Assembly (NCBI GenBank): GCA_951406725.2 | Contig: OX597829.1 | Coordinates: 2,666,001-2,730,000, forward strand | DNA: 64,000 nt | Direction of reading: 5' to 3' | Origin: Octopus vulgaris | Lineage: Eukaryota | Part shown: positions 13,138-27,660 of the stretch, in pieces | How the letters are laid out: each line of letters starts with the position of its first letter | Numbering within the stretch: the stretch's first letter is position 1 | Position numbers and translations under genes: made by a program | The notes under the pieces: generated by a model | What the model saw: only the letters and a program-made list of their open reading frames with translations | Databases searched by the model: none | What the model was told of the DNA's origin: nothing

Positions 13138-14284
13138 TACATACATACATACATACACACATACATACTTACACACACACACACACACATAGATACATAC
13201 ACACACACACATACATATACACATACACCGAGTAAAAAATTACACTGAATCGACCATACATACATACACACATACATACATACATACACATACACAGATA
13301 CATAGATACATACACACACACACATACATGCAGACATACATATACACATACACCGAGTAAAAAATTACGATGAATCGGCCATACATACATACATACACAC
13401 ACACATACTTACACACACACACATACATAGATACATACACACACACACATACATGCATACATACATATACACATACACCGAGTAAAAAATCAGTTATCTC
13501 TCTCTTTCACACATTACTCTCTCTGTCTCTTCGCACACACTAACAGAAGCACTTCACTTACACAACATACTGTCTGTCTCCCACACCCCATCAAACACAC
13601 ACAGGCCGATTTCAAAGAGAAACCTTCTCGTCATAAAATCGCTTCCTCTTAGTCTCTTTCGCTCTCATTACTTATGTAAAAAAATAAAAGTTTTTTACGG
13701 AAATCGACGGAAATCTGTGCTACGACATGCGAAACTTCGCCTTATATTTTATAATTTAGCGTACTTGGATTCATAACAAACTTACGATAAATCTAACAAC
13801 CGTATGTTTACTTTGCAACAAACCGGTGTTATAAATTTTAAGTTACCCAATGAAATAATTATCTGACTTAGTAACATACTGATATTTAAAAATATATTTA
13901 TATCTAAATTAGATATTTTATGAAATGCATGGGTGGTTCTTTTTCGTTTTTGAGGCATAGTTATAATTTTGAAGGACTAAATGGTAGCATAGTTGCTTCC
14001 CTTTTTGTTTATCTATGTGCTAGTTGTTGCTTGTGATTATGTATGTGTATAAGTGTATGTATATAGATATAACTATGTGTGTATGTGCGATTGATCTGTA
14101 GATGCGCGTGTGAATATTGGCGTTCCTTGACTAACCAACCGTATAATTTTCTTTTGTGATTTAAATTTCAAGTCAATAGCCAATCGAATTAATCTAAATT
14201 TTCTTTACCTAGTGGTCAGCATTTCTAAACTCATAGTTATTTCGATCTTGAAAGGATGGACTTGGTGCAAACATAACTGTATCT

Positions 14285-14315
<31 letters not shown>

Positions 14316-14686
14316 TTATTATTATTATTAATATTAATAGTAATTTTTATTAACTTTTATAGCTTTAGAATTTTATGAACTGAACCATGGTTTTAATTAT
14401 TTTAATTATTATTTTTCATCTACCTATGTGTTAGTTTTTTTTTTTTTTTTTTTTAAACTATTAGCCAAATATGTATAATATCGGTGTTTATTAATATTAA
14501 TATATACACTGATATATATTTTGTTTTATTTTGTTCTGTTTACCTTCCATTATTGTACCAATGAGTATTATATTATATAAGTGTAGCATTATGATGTATA
14601 AGTTTTTATATTTTACATTTTTATATTTTTATATTTATATGTATATGGTTATATAATATTTTTCACAATTATAACTAATTTAATTT

Positions 14687-14802
14687 AATTCTCTGAAGAG
14701 GCCGTGGGGCATCCTTGTTAATGCCTCATTTATACCTGCCTTTATGGCTTATAGGTTAAATGAGGTATGACTGCCCTCACTGCCGAAACAGCTGTCAGTT
14801 TT
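14687..14802 (+). ncRNA. Hammerhead ribozyme motif (array copy 3)
   Basis: Same sequence as copy 1; CUGAAGA 14693-14699, GUC ending at 14796. Confidence 0.75.
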
Positions 14803-14985
14803 GATTTAATTACATATTATATTTGAAATTTTTTACTTATATCTTTTTGTCTTTTTACTTTTACTATTACTGTATATTTTGAATGCCTTTACTCATATGT
14901 AATGGTGTATTAAAGTATTGATTGGGTATCATCGGATAGTTGATGTTTTATTGATTTAAGCATGTTTCTCCATTCTCTAATTTTG

Positions 14986-15020
<35 letters not shown>

Positions 15021-15092
15021 CATACATACATACACATACATACATACCTACATACATGCACACATACAAACATACGTACGCACATACATACA

Positions 15093-15165
<73 letters not shown>

Positions 15166-15370
15166 TGCCCCCTCATTATCGAGTATGGCCATTGCACGAA
15201 GCTTAACTGTTACTGGTGCTGTGATCGAATGTGACTTTTTAGCCCAGCTAAAGATCTACAATGTCTTGTACAGAATTGGCAACTAAAACCTTTACCGGTA
15301 ATAGCCGGCTGTAGTTGTAACTGGGCTTCATGTACCTTTTCATGTCGTTTAAGTCCTCCTGCCGAATTAC

Positions 15371-15822
15371 ACATACATACATACATACATACATACATAC
15401 ATACATACATACATACATACACACACACATACATAAATACATACATACATACATACACACACATACATACATATACACATACATACATACATACATACAC
15501 ACATACATACATACCTACATACATACACACATACATACATACATACAGGCATAAATACATACATACATACATACACACACATACATACATACTTACATAC
15601 ATGCATACATACATACGTACATACATATATATACATACATACATACACACATACATACATACATACATACATAAATACATACATACATACATACATACAT
15701 ACATACATACATACACGCATGCATACATACATACATACATACATACACGCATGCATACATACATACATACATACATACATACATACATACATACATACAT
15801 ACATACATACATACATACATGC
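15371..15822. repeat. Long imperfect (CATA)n microsatellite
   Basis: Directly visible. Confidence 0.95.
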
Positions 15823-15839
15823 ATAATCACCATCTTTTA

Positions 15840-16830
15840 ATTGACTTGGTAAGCATCTCCTTGAGCAGCATTCTTGTCTGATAACCTTAAATACACACCC
15901 AGAGAAGTAGCACGACTCTACCGTAACGTTTCATCAGACGAAAGGATGAGCAGAATATGGGCAGAAGACTATGCATGGATATTTTAGTAGAAAGCTCCGT
16001 GATGATAGTAACGTTGATCATGAAAGGAGTTTATTATGGATCAAAAACCGGATTACTACCTCCCACTTCGAAGGGTATGCGTTTGCAATCCGGGAACAGG
16101 AAATACCAACCAAGTACCTGAGGCACAAAAGGGATAGAGATGCAGGAAAAGCCGTAAAATGTGACAACCGATGCAGACTTTGTGGAGTTCCCACTGAAGT
16201 TATTCCCTACATTACAAGCACTTGTCCCAAAATGTTATTACGGTATTATCTGCCAATGAGACATGATATTTTAGCTAGGGCACTCTATAATGGAATCCGT
16301 CTAAAGGATAATCCCGATGTCAAAGAAATAAGAACCCACAATATGGCAGAAGCCTTAGCCACTCATAATTAAAAAGAATACTGATGGAATGTCCCAGTGA
16401 AGGCCTCAACAAAATGTAAACGCAACAGACCTGATATAATGATTTGGGATGGAGAAGAGAAACTGTTCACAGTTGTGGAAATTAGCTGCCCAGTGAATGT
16501 GAACATAAAGCTGAAGATCAGTGAAAAAGAGAATACCTATGCTGGCTATTGAGAAATCTGCAGTTACTCTATCCAAATTACAAGTTCAGGTTTATACCTG
16601 TAATACACTGGGATATGTAAAATACTGCCTAAATATCAATCTTGAGAAATTCTCAAAACTACAAAGGAGAAAGCTAATTCGAAGACTACAGATCCAATCC
16701 ATCACTGGAACTGTAAAAATCTGTAAAACTTTCCAGAAGTTTATCATTTAAATATTTATGAGTATGCCTAGATATGCAACTATATGCATCAGAATACATA
16801 TATAAAACAAAACATACAAATCTGCACACA
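15840..16830 (+). mobile_element. R4/Dong-like LINE 3' fragment with restriction-like endonuclease, family A (decayed)
   Basis: MHGYF...AIREQEIPTKY...CRLCG...CPK...MRHD, NRPDIMIWD, VVEISCP; homologous to ~53280-54270. Confidence 0.85.
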
Positions 16831-16922
16831 TACATACGTGCGTGCGTGCGTGCTTACGTACATACATACATACATACACACATACATACATACATACATA
16901 CATACATACATACATACATACA

Positions 16923-16958
<36 letters not shown>

Positions 16959-17042
16959 CATACCCCCTTGTGGGTAGCAAAGAAATAGGTATTTCATCTG
17001 TCTTTACGTTCTGAGTTTAAATTCCACAGAGGTCGATTTTGC

Positions 17043-17397
<355 letters not shown>

Positions 17398-17419
17398 TAT
17401 ATGTATATACATACATACA

Positions 17420-17479
<60 letters not shown>

Positions 17480-17488
17480 TATATATAT

Positions 17489-17531
<43 letters not shown>

Positions 17532-17582
17532 TACATGTATATACACATGTATATATATATTATATAAACATATGCATTTATG

Positions 17583-17614
<32 letters not shown>

Positions 17615-17615
<1 letters not shown>

Positions 17616-17840
17616 GGTGGTTGCCTACTCCTAATAAAGAGTTTGACCACCTCCTGTACCTATACTGTATCACCATCATGGCGTCTGATGTGGCTTCTTA
17701 AACCAGACAATGTTCTGAAAAGACACCCATGGTATGCACCTCTGATTTGGACCTCCGATACCTGCAATTAAGTTCTGAACTTTGTGGATCTTAACATGTC
17801 TTTTGAGGCCTCCGTTGGATCTGCAAACCTGGTATACAAT
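17615..17840 (-). mobile_element. RTE-like LINE 3' end remnant
   Basis: CRSNGGLKRHVKIH zinc-finger-like peptide; 3' UTR ending GGCAACCACC(AT)n, similar to 9090-9300. Confidence 0.55.
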
Positions 17841-18146
17841 ACATTCAAATGTGCGCACATACATATAGTCAGAAAAGTTGTATATATATATATATATTTA
17901 TTAGTACCTACACCGATTAACATTATAAATATTGATTATAAATGTCAATTAGTCTGCTGTTTCTAGATGATCAAGCAAGTGGGTAGGAGATGAAGATGAG
18001 TGGATTTTCATTATAAAATGCATCAAACTATTAAAGAGCAACTTAGCGAGCATCGTTTATAGTATATTTTCATTGGTTAATAACTGAAAGAATAGCTTAA
18101 CTCTGTTATAGATTGGTCGCGTGAAGACATAGAAGGAACGTGAAAT

Positions 18147-18196
<50 letters not shown>

Positions 18197-18699
18197 CAGA
18201 GAGACAGAGAGAGAAGAGAGAATGAGAAAATTAATTGAAATTAAGTCAGATGAAAAATTTATGATTAAAATGTAGAAAACAGTGATTAAGTTTATAGAAT
18301 TATGGCATTATCACATGCTCCATACAAAAAGTTAAAAACCAGTGAGAAACGCCTCGAATGTCATAGGATGTCCAACACTTGAAACCTTTTAAAGTAGCGT
18401 TGTCAACGAACATATCGACTTACAAAAAAAATATGATCTAAACGAAGAATAAAGTCAATAACAAAAGCTAAAGAAAGATAGGTTGGCCGACGTACAGTGA
18501 GATATCATTAGTCTTAAGACTTTAATCATTTCGTTTTTTTTTTCTGTTTCTGTCGTTTAAGCGCTTATTTGGTAAAAGTAACTGATTAAATAAGGGAAGT
18601 TCAGAATGATGTAATTTTAAAGTATCTTTAATTAGACAATATATTCTTTAGCAGTCTGCAGCTTCATTAATTATAAAATTCATTCAACTTATATTATGC

Positions 18700-19450
18700 A
18701 AAGTAGAGGAACAGGAATACAGATACGAATGGAAAAGTGGCAGTCGCTAAGAAAGAGTGATTTGAAGCCAGAAACAAAGGCGCTTATCTGCGTTACACAG
18801 GAACAAGCACTTAGGACAAATTGCATTAAATATAGAATACTGACACTAGAGCAGATAACGACAAAGCAGTGGTAAATGTGAGACTGTATAATATATTGTG
18901 AACGAATGCAGGACGCTGGGCCAAAAAGAATAGAGAAGAAGGCATGATAATGTCACGACAATGATTCGTTAGGTGGGATGGCAAGTCTGGATTGGATAGA
19001 GTAAATGACTAAGGATGTAATGATCCAGTGTGATCATGAAACTGAACCTCGAAAGCTGGCTAGAGTGGTTGTGATTAAAGAGGGGAAAAAACCCGTTTAG
19101 TCATAGATATCGCATGCACCAAGTGATGACAGAGTATGGGAAAGAGAAGCAGAGAAAAGAGTCATATACGATGATTGGAAGTGAGAAATAAAAGGACTGC
19201 GGTCATTGAAGAAGCTGAGTGCTGTATATATTATTGTTGGGGCCTTGGGCACTATAAGAACCAACTTCACAAATTGGATTGAAAAGACAGGAGTAAATAT
19301 GAAGATAGAGCATCTACAGGAAACAGTATTGTTTAGAACAGCACGGATCTTTCGCAGAGTTCTTGAAATCTGAATAATGAGTGTTACCTTAGTCCACTGG
19401 TTGGGGACAAATAACAGTTTCTTAAATTCCCCAGCCGAGTCACTGTGCTA
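18700..19450 (+). mobile_element. R4/Dong-like LINE 3' remnant (family B)
   Basis: LKPETKALICVTQEQALRTN...RRRHDNV...IIVGALGTI...HLQETVLFRTARIFRRVL, with frameshifts. Confidence 0.75.
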
Positions 19451-19479
19451 AACAACGGAAAACAACCACCCTCTCTTCA

Positions 19480-19660
19480 ATAGGCACAAGGCCTAAAATT
19501 TTGCTGGGTGGAGCTAGTCAGTTTCATCGAACCTAGTAGGGTTGTTCATTTTCTCGACACCAAAAAGATGAAAGGCAAAGTTGACCCTCGGTGGAATTTG
19601 AGCTTAGAACGTAAAGACGGACGAAATACCGCTAAGAAGTTTGCCCGGCGTGCTCACGAT
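19480..19660 (-). mobile_element. SINE family B (degenerate)
   Basis: GATGAAAGGCAAAGTTGACCCTCGGTGGAATTTGA...TTGCCCGGCGTGCT matches 36900-37000. Confidence 0.75.
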
Positions 19661-19662
19661 TC

Positions 19663-21290
19663 TTATTTCTTTATTGCCCACAAGGGGTTAACAAAGAGGG
19701 GATAACACAAAGACGTAGGGACACAAGAAATAAAAGAAAAAGCGTATGATATAATGACTGATAAAATGAAGATGAGAAATGGACAGAAGTTTCCTCAACT
19801 CCACCTCTGAATTACTTCATTTTACCTCTGTTCTTTTTTCTTTTTGAAACCGGAACCTTCCAAAATGTCAGTGCCCTACTCCTTCAGTAAGAACGTGTAA
19901 TCCATATTCTTTGGCAGATTTTTAATGTCTGGATCAACTTGCCACATTTTATATCCTTTTTAAATTTTAAAACTTTCTCTCTTTGGTTTTCGTCCAACAA
20001 CAGGCAACAATGCCACCCTTGTACGTTATCCAACCTGCGAGTGTCCACCACTCTAATGTTTTTCCACTTTTTTTTATCTCTTCACACAAATTTTTGTGTT
20101 ATCGTACATTATTACGTAGTTTCCATTCTTCCTTTTTTTTTCCGGGGTGGGGCGGTCGAATTACTTGTGTCTACCTGTGTTTGTCTTCGTGTTGGAGCGG
20201 GGCGGGTAGGTTAAGTGTCTGTAGGGAGCAGGTGAGGAGAAGAGGGTGTGGGTGGGAGTTGGTCGGGGTGGGTTTCCGTATTTATTTTACCTGGTTTCTT
20301 CCTTTTTCTCCTCCTTTTCTTTCCTAGTGTCACCCATTCGTCTTCAGCTTCGCTTGCTTCTTCTGTTACTGCTGGTGGTGGTATTGTTTCTTTCTTTTCT
20401 TTTACCACTTCTTCCTTTTTTCTTTGTAGAGGGTAGTTTGCTCTAATGTGGCCTTTCTAGCCGCACTTGAAGCGTCAAGGGGTCCTGCCCTCTACTCTGA
20501 CCATCATTATCATATCTTCCATTGCTATGATCTCCGGTAATTCTTCAATAATCTCTTCCGGCCCCTGTATAACCATGTTTAGTGTTTGGCCTTTCCAATT
20601 CCTATTTTCTGCTCAAGTGGCCTGGAGAACCGCTATCTCTTCCTCATTACCGAGTAAGACAGCGGCTGCTATCCAGGCAGCGTCAACCTCTGGTGGGATT
20701 CCTTCCACACTGACCTTTACTGAGTGTCTTCCATGGTACGTCGGCAACAGCACCACTTCGTCGCTCTTTAAAATAATTGCGCATTCAATCTTGCCCTGTC
20801 TGCATTTTTAAACCTTACTCCAAACGTTCGTACTTTGCTCCTCTGGCAAGATACTTTATCTCTTGCCAGATTGGCCTTAGTGCCTTCTCCACTTGGATCG
20901 TTGCCATAAATTCAATTTTGCCAGCCGCAACCGAATGTGCTTTGTATGTGATAGTACCCCCCCCCCCCTGATGACAATCACTTCCTCAGGGAGTCTTAAT
21001 TCCACATTGGTTCCTTCTCCCCTCATCATTTTGGAATAATTTTTCCATTCATCCCATTCCATTCGATGTTCTTTAATCTTTGCAATCTCCGCAAAGCTTC
21101 TATCTTCTCTCGCTTCTTTTTCCATCTTACTCCACGAAGTATCTGACTGCTCTGACTCTTCCGAAGAGGACACTTCTGAGCTGCTTAACTCTGAGTCGCT
21201 GATATCTTTTAACATTTTCACTTGGCTTACCCTCCTCTATGAGGAGGGAAAGTACAACTTTCTTTACAATTACCTGCATAGCAGTCTATA
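19663..21290 (-). mobile_element. ORF1-only (gag-like) Tx1/L1-type retroelement derivative
   Basis: Decayed acidic/basic ORF1-like frames (20877-21221, 20211-20408), degenerate knuckle FKCG*KGHIRANYP, and a 3' tail similar to the Tx1-like tail at 4298-4345. Confidence 0.55.
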
Positions 21291-22030
21291 ACAGCTTCAG
21301 GTAACTCTACGCAGACTTCCATTAACATCAACCCTCTTCTACTTTCCGTTCTAAGTAGGTATAATTTTGCTACTCCTGCTACTGGATGGATCCTCCATTC
21401 ACATTGAATTCTTTCCTAGTTCTTCTGTCTAGTTTTGCTAATTCAGTTTCTGTCCAATCTACAAAAGCTGCTGAGTATCTGAGTAATGATACTGCCCAAG
21501 TACTTACAGCCTTCACTAGATTCGGGCCATTTAGCCTTGACATCATCCATGTCATCCATGTAGAACAAATGGTTGATCATCCATGTAGAACAAATGGTTG
21601 ATTTTCCCCTTACTATTTTCTAAACTAATACCCGGCCTTTGCTTTCCTTAATACTAAACAGAGGGGGATCAAATATAAGGCAAATATTAAAAGGGACAAT
21701 GCTTCTTCCTGGAAAATTCCTCTTTTGATATTAACTTTCCCTAAGAGCGTGTCACCTGAGTAGAAATTTACTGTCCATTTCTTTGTGCTCATGCTAATAA
21801 ATTCTCTTATGTTATACTGCTATACTGAATATACTCAAATATTCATGAATGTGGGATCATGTCATAGGCTTTCCTATAATTTATCCATGCTATTTAATAC
21901 AATCCCTTGTACTTCCTGTATGGATGGTAATCCAGGGATCACTCTTAACTAATTTTCAGTTCCTTTTTTGAACATTCCAAGCGCTCCCACAATTACTGAT
22001 ATTGTAACAGTCTTGAGAGCCTATCTTTGC
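21290..22030 (-). mobile_element. R4/Dong-like RT and C-terminal remnant, highly deleted
   Basis: GKVNIKRGIFQEEALSP (RT) and VGALGM (C-terminus) peptides. Confidence 0.65.
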
Positions 22031-22300
22031 TCCCACTACTGTGTGGTATTATTAAATGTTGTTTAATTTTGTACTTGAGATAATTATAAATATATGAGAG
22101 TTGGAGAAAGAGAAGACCAAATTCCACAGGTCTGTAAATAGGTTCGGCAAATGGTGAGGAGATCAACAATGGGGCTTCGTTAAGGGGACAAAAGAAGCGT
22201 CACGCCCTTGTGGTCAGCAGTAGTCAAATGTGTTTAATACTACTAGTGATCAATTAGAAAGAACCAATTCATCTTGTGTTTTAAATTACTAATAGAAAAA

Positions 22301-22358
<58 letters not shown>

Positions 22359-22989
22359 TTTGCAATACTTTTTTCGTTCGGCGTCAACAGCCCTTCTTAT
22401 CTTGTTTTTCCCTGTCCTGTCTTTTACTGTTTATATTTTTGTACTGTCGTTACTGTCCTGTTTTTTTACCATTTTTTACCATTTTTTACCCTCTGCGAAA
22501 AGATCTCAGAATTTTAATTGATTTGCTTTTCGCAGGAAGGAAAGTTTCTTGTCGAAGATACGTCTCGCTTTTATCCTTCGAAACGTAGAGTAGATGAAAC
22601 CATAGCGACTGAAGAAGGGTTTTTTCTTTGTGTTAATTGTCCTGTACTCCATTTTTTGTTGTTTTTAAAAAAATGTCCAGTTCCTTTGGTTTGTGTCTAT
22701 GTTTTCGTTTCTCTTTGTGTTCGACGTCCCTTTGGTGTCCTGTACTCATATATGCGTGTATATGTACATGTAGAGGTAGGTACGTACATATATGTTTATA
22801 TATATGCATATGTTTTATTTCATTTATTAATATATATATATATATAATGACGTTTACATCGTTGAACTTTTGAAGTTTTTTATTTTTTCTTTGAATTTTT
22901 GAATTTTCCGAGTGGAAAAAAATGTGGATTGCAGTTTTCGTAATTGTGCAGTTTGTATATATTGGCAGGTGCTTATCTCCTTAATTTTT

Positions 22990-23320
22990 ATCGAGAGTTA
23001 AATTTGTTGCAATAAAAAGTATGTTTACATATTCGAGTAGTCAAGGAGAAAAGAAGGGTAAAATTTTCACAGAAAATTGTAGGTATTAATGTTTTACATT
23101 TTCTAAAGATCATCGTTTGTATGTCCGGCCAGAGAAAACTGTAGTGTTCTTGCAATAAAAAGATGCTATGTTTACATTTTCGAATGCTCAGGGAGAGAGA
23201 AAAGGAAAGAGAAGTGTAAAGTTTTCACAACAAATTGTAGATATTAAAGTTTTTAAGTTTTCTAAAGTTGATTATATATATGTCCGGAAAACTGTAGTGT
23301 TCTTACAATGAAAAGTATTT
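22990..23320. repeat. Degenerate ~145-bp tandem repeat (about 2.3 copies)
   Basis: TGCAATAAAAAG..ATGTTTACAT..TTCGA and TGTCCGG..AAACTGTAGTGTTCTT recur at ~23008, 23152 and 23304. Confidence 0.65.
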
Positions 23321-23494
23321 TTCGTTACGGACAAGTGAATTTTGGAAGAGGGGCATTGCAAGTCTACCAAATAGCTGGAAGAGCATCATAAAAAATGAAG
23401 GAGAATATATTTTAGATTAAAAAAGAACTTTGTTTATCTTAATTTTGAAAAATAAAAGAAGTATAAAAACTGCATTATTTATGGGATGACCCAA
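23320..23494 (+). mobile_element. mariner 3' end
   Basis: RGIASLPNSWKSIIKNEGEYILD* followed by TIR-like ATTATTTTATGGGATGACCCAA-TA. Confidence 0.75.
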
Positions 23495-24578
23495 TATAAA
23501 ACTCAAACCATGTGTGTATGTATGTGTGTAAACCTGCATAACTTCTGAAGTTCACAACTGATTTTCTCCAAACTGGGATCATAATCCCTTGTGTCTCAGA
23601 GATGGTTTTAGACTCTTAAATTTGTTGACATAATGGGTAACGGGCTCTTGGGAGCAGAAAACAACCTGTTCTGGGTGACGTACGATTCCTGTAGATATGG
23701 GGGATTACTCTTTGCGAAATAACTTTCAGAAATTGATTTTCTCCCTTACATCCAGCGTAACTAATTCACTTACGCGTGTTACAATGTAAAACTTACTGCG
23801 TTACTATCAAAATATTGATATCAATTAATGTTTTTTATTGACATTTAATTAATAACATAACAGTGTCAGCTCAGTTCATTATATGTGTTTCTTAAATTTT
23901 GCAAAGATTTGCCATTTTTCATTGAAATTTCATTTTAAACGTACAATTGTCATCTTTATCATTACATCATATTTCTTGACATAATGTCTCCAAAAAGGAG
24001 ATCCTTGATTGGTCGAAAAACGGTGGTAGGTGAGAAATTGAAAAGGGGAGCAAATGAATCGCCACATGAGACTTCAGTTAGACAATCATAAAACACTACA
24101 TGTACAGCTACTGTACATGCAGTACAGCGACGGGCAGTGTAATATTCGCATGGCCAGGAATGATGCATTAACAGTTTCAGCCAATCCACCCCCTAACCAT
24201 GTCATTTCTTTGATGTAGGTTTCTCTCATGTGGTGCTGTTGAGTGCGCCAACAGGCTTAATTTATCACATAGACGTAGTTCCTATGTCTGCTGATTGTTC
24301 AGCCCGGTAGCCGCAGCCGCAAAGGTGGGTATATCCACTGAGACCTTTTTGGTGCGTTCAAAAATCGCATACCCATCACCCACTTTCCATGACGAGGTTA
24401 GGGCATGGAATCTTCCAAATAGACGCATGACACGTCACTTATTCGAATTAGCTGTTCATTTACTTCACAAGGAATTTGTCGTCGTTAATGCTGTACTTCC
24501 CCGTATCACATTTTTCAACTTAATTGCACCATATATACAAACTATGCCATTTAAATCCCGAGCAACGCCGGGTATGTT
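23494..24578 (+). mobile_element. Possible non-autonomous Helitron/Helentron-like element
   Basis: 5' ATATAAAA..TGTGTGTATGTATGTGTG..ATAACTTCTGAA..GATTTTCTCCAAACT and 3' hairpin CCCGAGCAACGCCGGG; no terminal CTAG seen. Confidence 0.35.
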
Positions 24579-25275
24579 TATGCCGTTCAAAGCCCATTCA
24601 TTGTATTCGACTACCTGATGTCATCTACAATATCGATATAAGTCTCACAGAATTTACTTCAGGAATTTTTTCGTACTCGAAGAGTTTACAAAATATGAGA
24701 GAAGAAAGAAAATAGAATTCATGAGATTCTTTATTAATCACTACGATCGTTTCGGCCCATTGCGCATCGGTGTGTGTATGCATATATAAATTTTTGTTCC
24801 ATAAAATATGAAAGTCGCCTAGGGTCAGTTTGAATGTTCATTTGTGTTTTGTTTTGTTTTTTCTTTTATCCATGATTGTTTTATTTTATGATTTTCTTTA
24901 ACGTATTTTGTCATTAGTGTAAAGCATATTATTTGATTCATTTTTTATTTTATACTTATTTTAGTTTTGATTCTTTGTAAGCACATTTATTACTTATATA
25001 AGAAGTGTTCTTCATTTTAACTAGCGTATGCAAATAGTGTATTACCAAAATGTATTCTAATCAAAATAAGGGAAACGGAGATTAATAAACGAGATACCTT
25101 TTAACAATTCATCTTACGATACACGCATCTGCACCATTGATGCCTCACAACAGTGTGTACAATATCTCACCCGCGAGGCACCGATGCAAGGGTTCGAAAC
25201 TATCTTAGTCCTTAATAATGAATTTCGTGAATTCCATTCTCGTTTTCTTCCTCTCATATTTTATATAGACAATTT

Positions 25276-25313
<38 letters not shown>

Positions 25314-25334
25314 TCTCTTTTCTCTCTTTTACTC

Positions 25335-25468
25335 TTTTACTTGTTTCACTCATCAGACTGCGGCCATGTGCTGGAGCACCGCCTTTAGTCGAGCAAATCG
25401 ACCCCATGACTTATTCTTTGTAAGCCTAGTACTTATTCCATCGGTCTTTCCTGCCGAACCGCTAAGTT
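25335..25468 (-). mobile_element. SINE family A 3' tail fragment
   Basis: Reverse complement of the TTAGCGGTTCGGCA...GCTCCAGCA..GGCCGCAGTC tail. Confidence 0.8.
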
Positions 25469-25469
25469 A

Positions 25470-25962
25470 TCATACCCATCATGACTACCCGTCTGATAAA
25501 GGTACACCAGGCACATGCATCACAACCATATGTGCGCGACATGGTGATCTCATATCAAGATAAACAGCACATGACCTTGCAGGTGGGGCCCAGTTAGAAT
25601 TTTCTTCAGGTTGAGTAGCCCATCCCGCTCAAACGGTCCCTGAATAAGGGTTGTTTAAGGATGTTGAAAGAACCACCCATGTTTCCAGAGGTGAACTATT
25701 CAAACCCCAAAGAATCCCTCTCAACACATGGCTATGATGCTCCCCCACTACTTCTGCTCGTGATCAGAGATGCACATATCGTCAGCCACTAAGGGACATG
25801 CTCAACTGGTTAAGGTCAAACAACTGACAAGCAAATCTGTGGTATTGAGCAGAATATTTGCTGTAGCCCATCTTTTATACCAAGACAAAACAATGTACAT
25901 GATAACACTTCCAATCAGTTAAGATCAGAAGCCATGAGAGCCACTGCCTGGTACTGCATCAC
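25470..25962 (-). mobile_element. Dispersed non-coding repeat family C (SINE-like or LINE 3' UTR)
   Basis: Reverse complement of 41262-41667 over ~400 bp. Confidence 0.75.
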
Positions 25963-26202
25963 ATTATTATTATCATTATTATTATTGTTGTTATTGTTTG
26001 TGGTGGTGGTGGTGGTGGTGGTGGTAGGAGTCGCGGTGGTATAAACTTTAAATCCAAAGATAAGATTATTTTTACTGACTTTTCCCATGACTCAGCTAGT
26101 ATTTTCCTGCTATCGTCATCATAAGCACATTTAGTATTGTTGTTGTTGTTAGTGGTAGTGGTTATAGCAGTAGAAATAGCACCTCTAAGTATTAGTATTA
26201 TT

Positions 26203-27330
26203 GTTTATTCAGCTTGGGTTGGAATTTATTAATAAAGTTCTTTTCTCTAATTTTTCTCTCAATTTCACTTGGACTTTGCAGTTTGTAGAATGGAAATATT
26301 ATAAATATTTTCCGACCGCATGTTGCGCTAGATGGTTACTCAAATGTATCTGACGGACATCTGGGTGTCTGATTTGCTGACGGTGCACACGTGAACGTTC
26401 TGATAGTGCATTTCTATTCTGACCTACATATAACTCTTCACAATTCAGGCATTTGATGCAATAAATTAATTAAATTCATATTTGCATTTGTGAATAATTT
26501 TCTGGCTTTTGTGTTCATATATTGGCCAGTATGTATGAATTGACATGTGTCATACCGACCATCATTGCATTTAGATACAGTGAATGATTGGTCTTTGTTG
26601 CTAAGGTCAAGCTTTGCCTTTGTTAATGATTTTTTCAAGTTTTTAGGCTGTCTTTCACTAAGAACAATAGCTCTATCTTTGATTATATCTTTTAATTCAT
26701 TACTGTGAGCAATGATTGGTAGGTTTGCTTTGACAATGTTGAAGATATTCTGGTGACATGGGTTGAATATCTCTATAAATGGTATGACTTATCCCTGTTT
26801 TCCTCTTTGGCTTCTTCTCATTTGTTGTATTTTTATAGTCTGCTCTACGCCATTTTCTATAAGTAGAGACTGGTATTTTTGTTTGAGCAAAAGTTCTCTT
26901 AGTTCTTTTGGGCGTTTGTTCGTGATATTTGCATCTTCTACAATGGTACAAATTCTTCTGGCTAGGCAGTATGTGATGTTGCGCTTTGTATGTGGTGGAT
27001 GGCATGACTTAAAATTCAAGTATTGACGTGTGTCCGTGTTTGTAGAATATATCTGTGGTAATGGTGGTGTCCTTTTTAATTACCATTTTATCTAGGAATG
27101 GTAATTTGGTACTACTCATCTCCTCTGTAAATTGGAGAGATGGGTGTCGGTTGTTCAGGAGAATATTGAACTCTTCCACAGTATTTAGAGATTCTCTCTC
27201 GGTTATGAAACATTCATCAAGGTATCTTTTCCATGCTTTTTCAATATACTTTCTGAATCCAGTGGTATGGTTTTCCTCTACTTTTTAGTAGAGTTGTTGT
27301 TCTAAATATCCCATTACAGAGTTCGCGTAA
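26203..27330 (-). mobile_element. Penelope-like element remnant (RT plus GIY-YIG endonuclease)
   Basis: KAWKRYLDECF, YLNFKSCHPPHTKRNITYCLARRICTIV, RVHRQQIRHP, REKNFINKFQPKLN; frameshifted. Confidence 0.88.
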
Positions 27331-27576
27331 AAGGAATTCTTAAGGCACGCTGCTAGAGAGAATAAAAAATGAGTTAACTCTGTACTGGAGTTTCGCTATT
27401 AATGACCAAATAAATTAATTTGGTATCTGTAGCTCATTTGTAGGATCGCCAAAAAACACGAGGCAAACACATATGCAAGACAGCTCCATTTTTATACATT
27501 ATCGATTCAAACACGAGCGTAGTCAGAATAGCACAGCAGTAAATAAGTTTGAACTGCATACTAAATGGCATAAGAC

Positions 27577-27658
<82 letters not shown>

Positions 27659-27660
27659 TA

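Noticed and set aside
22545-22640. CCTTCGAAACGTA...CTGAAGAAGGG hammerhead-like words (similar at 679-710)
   Set aside because: Order and pairing do not give a consistent three-stem fold; at most a decayed pLTR
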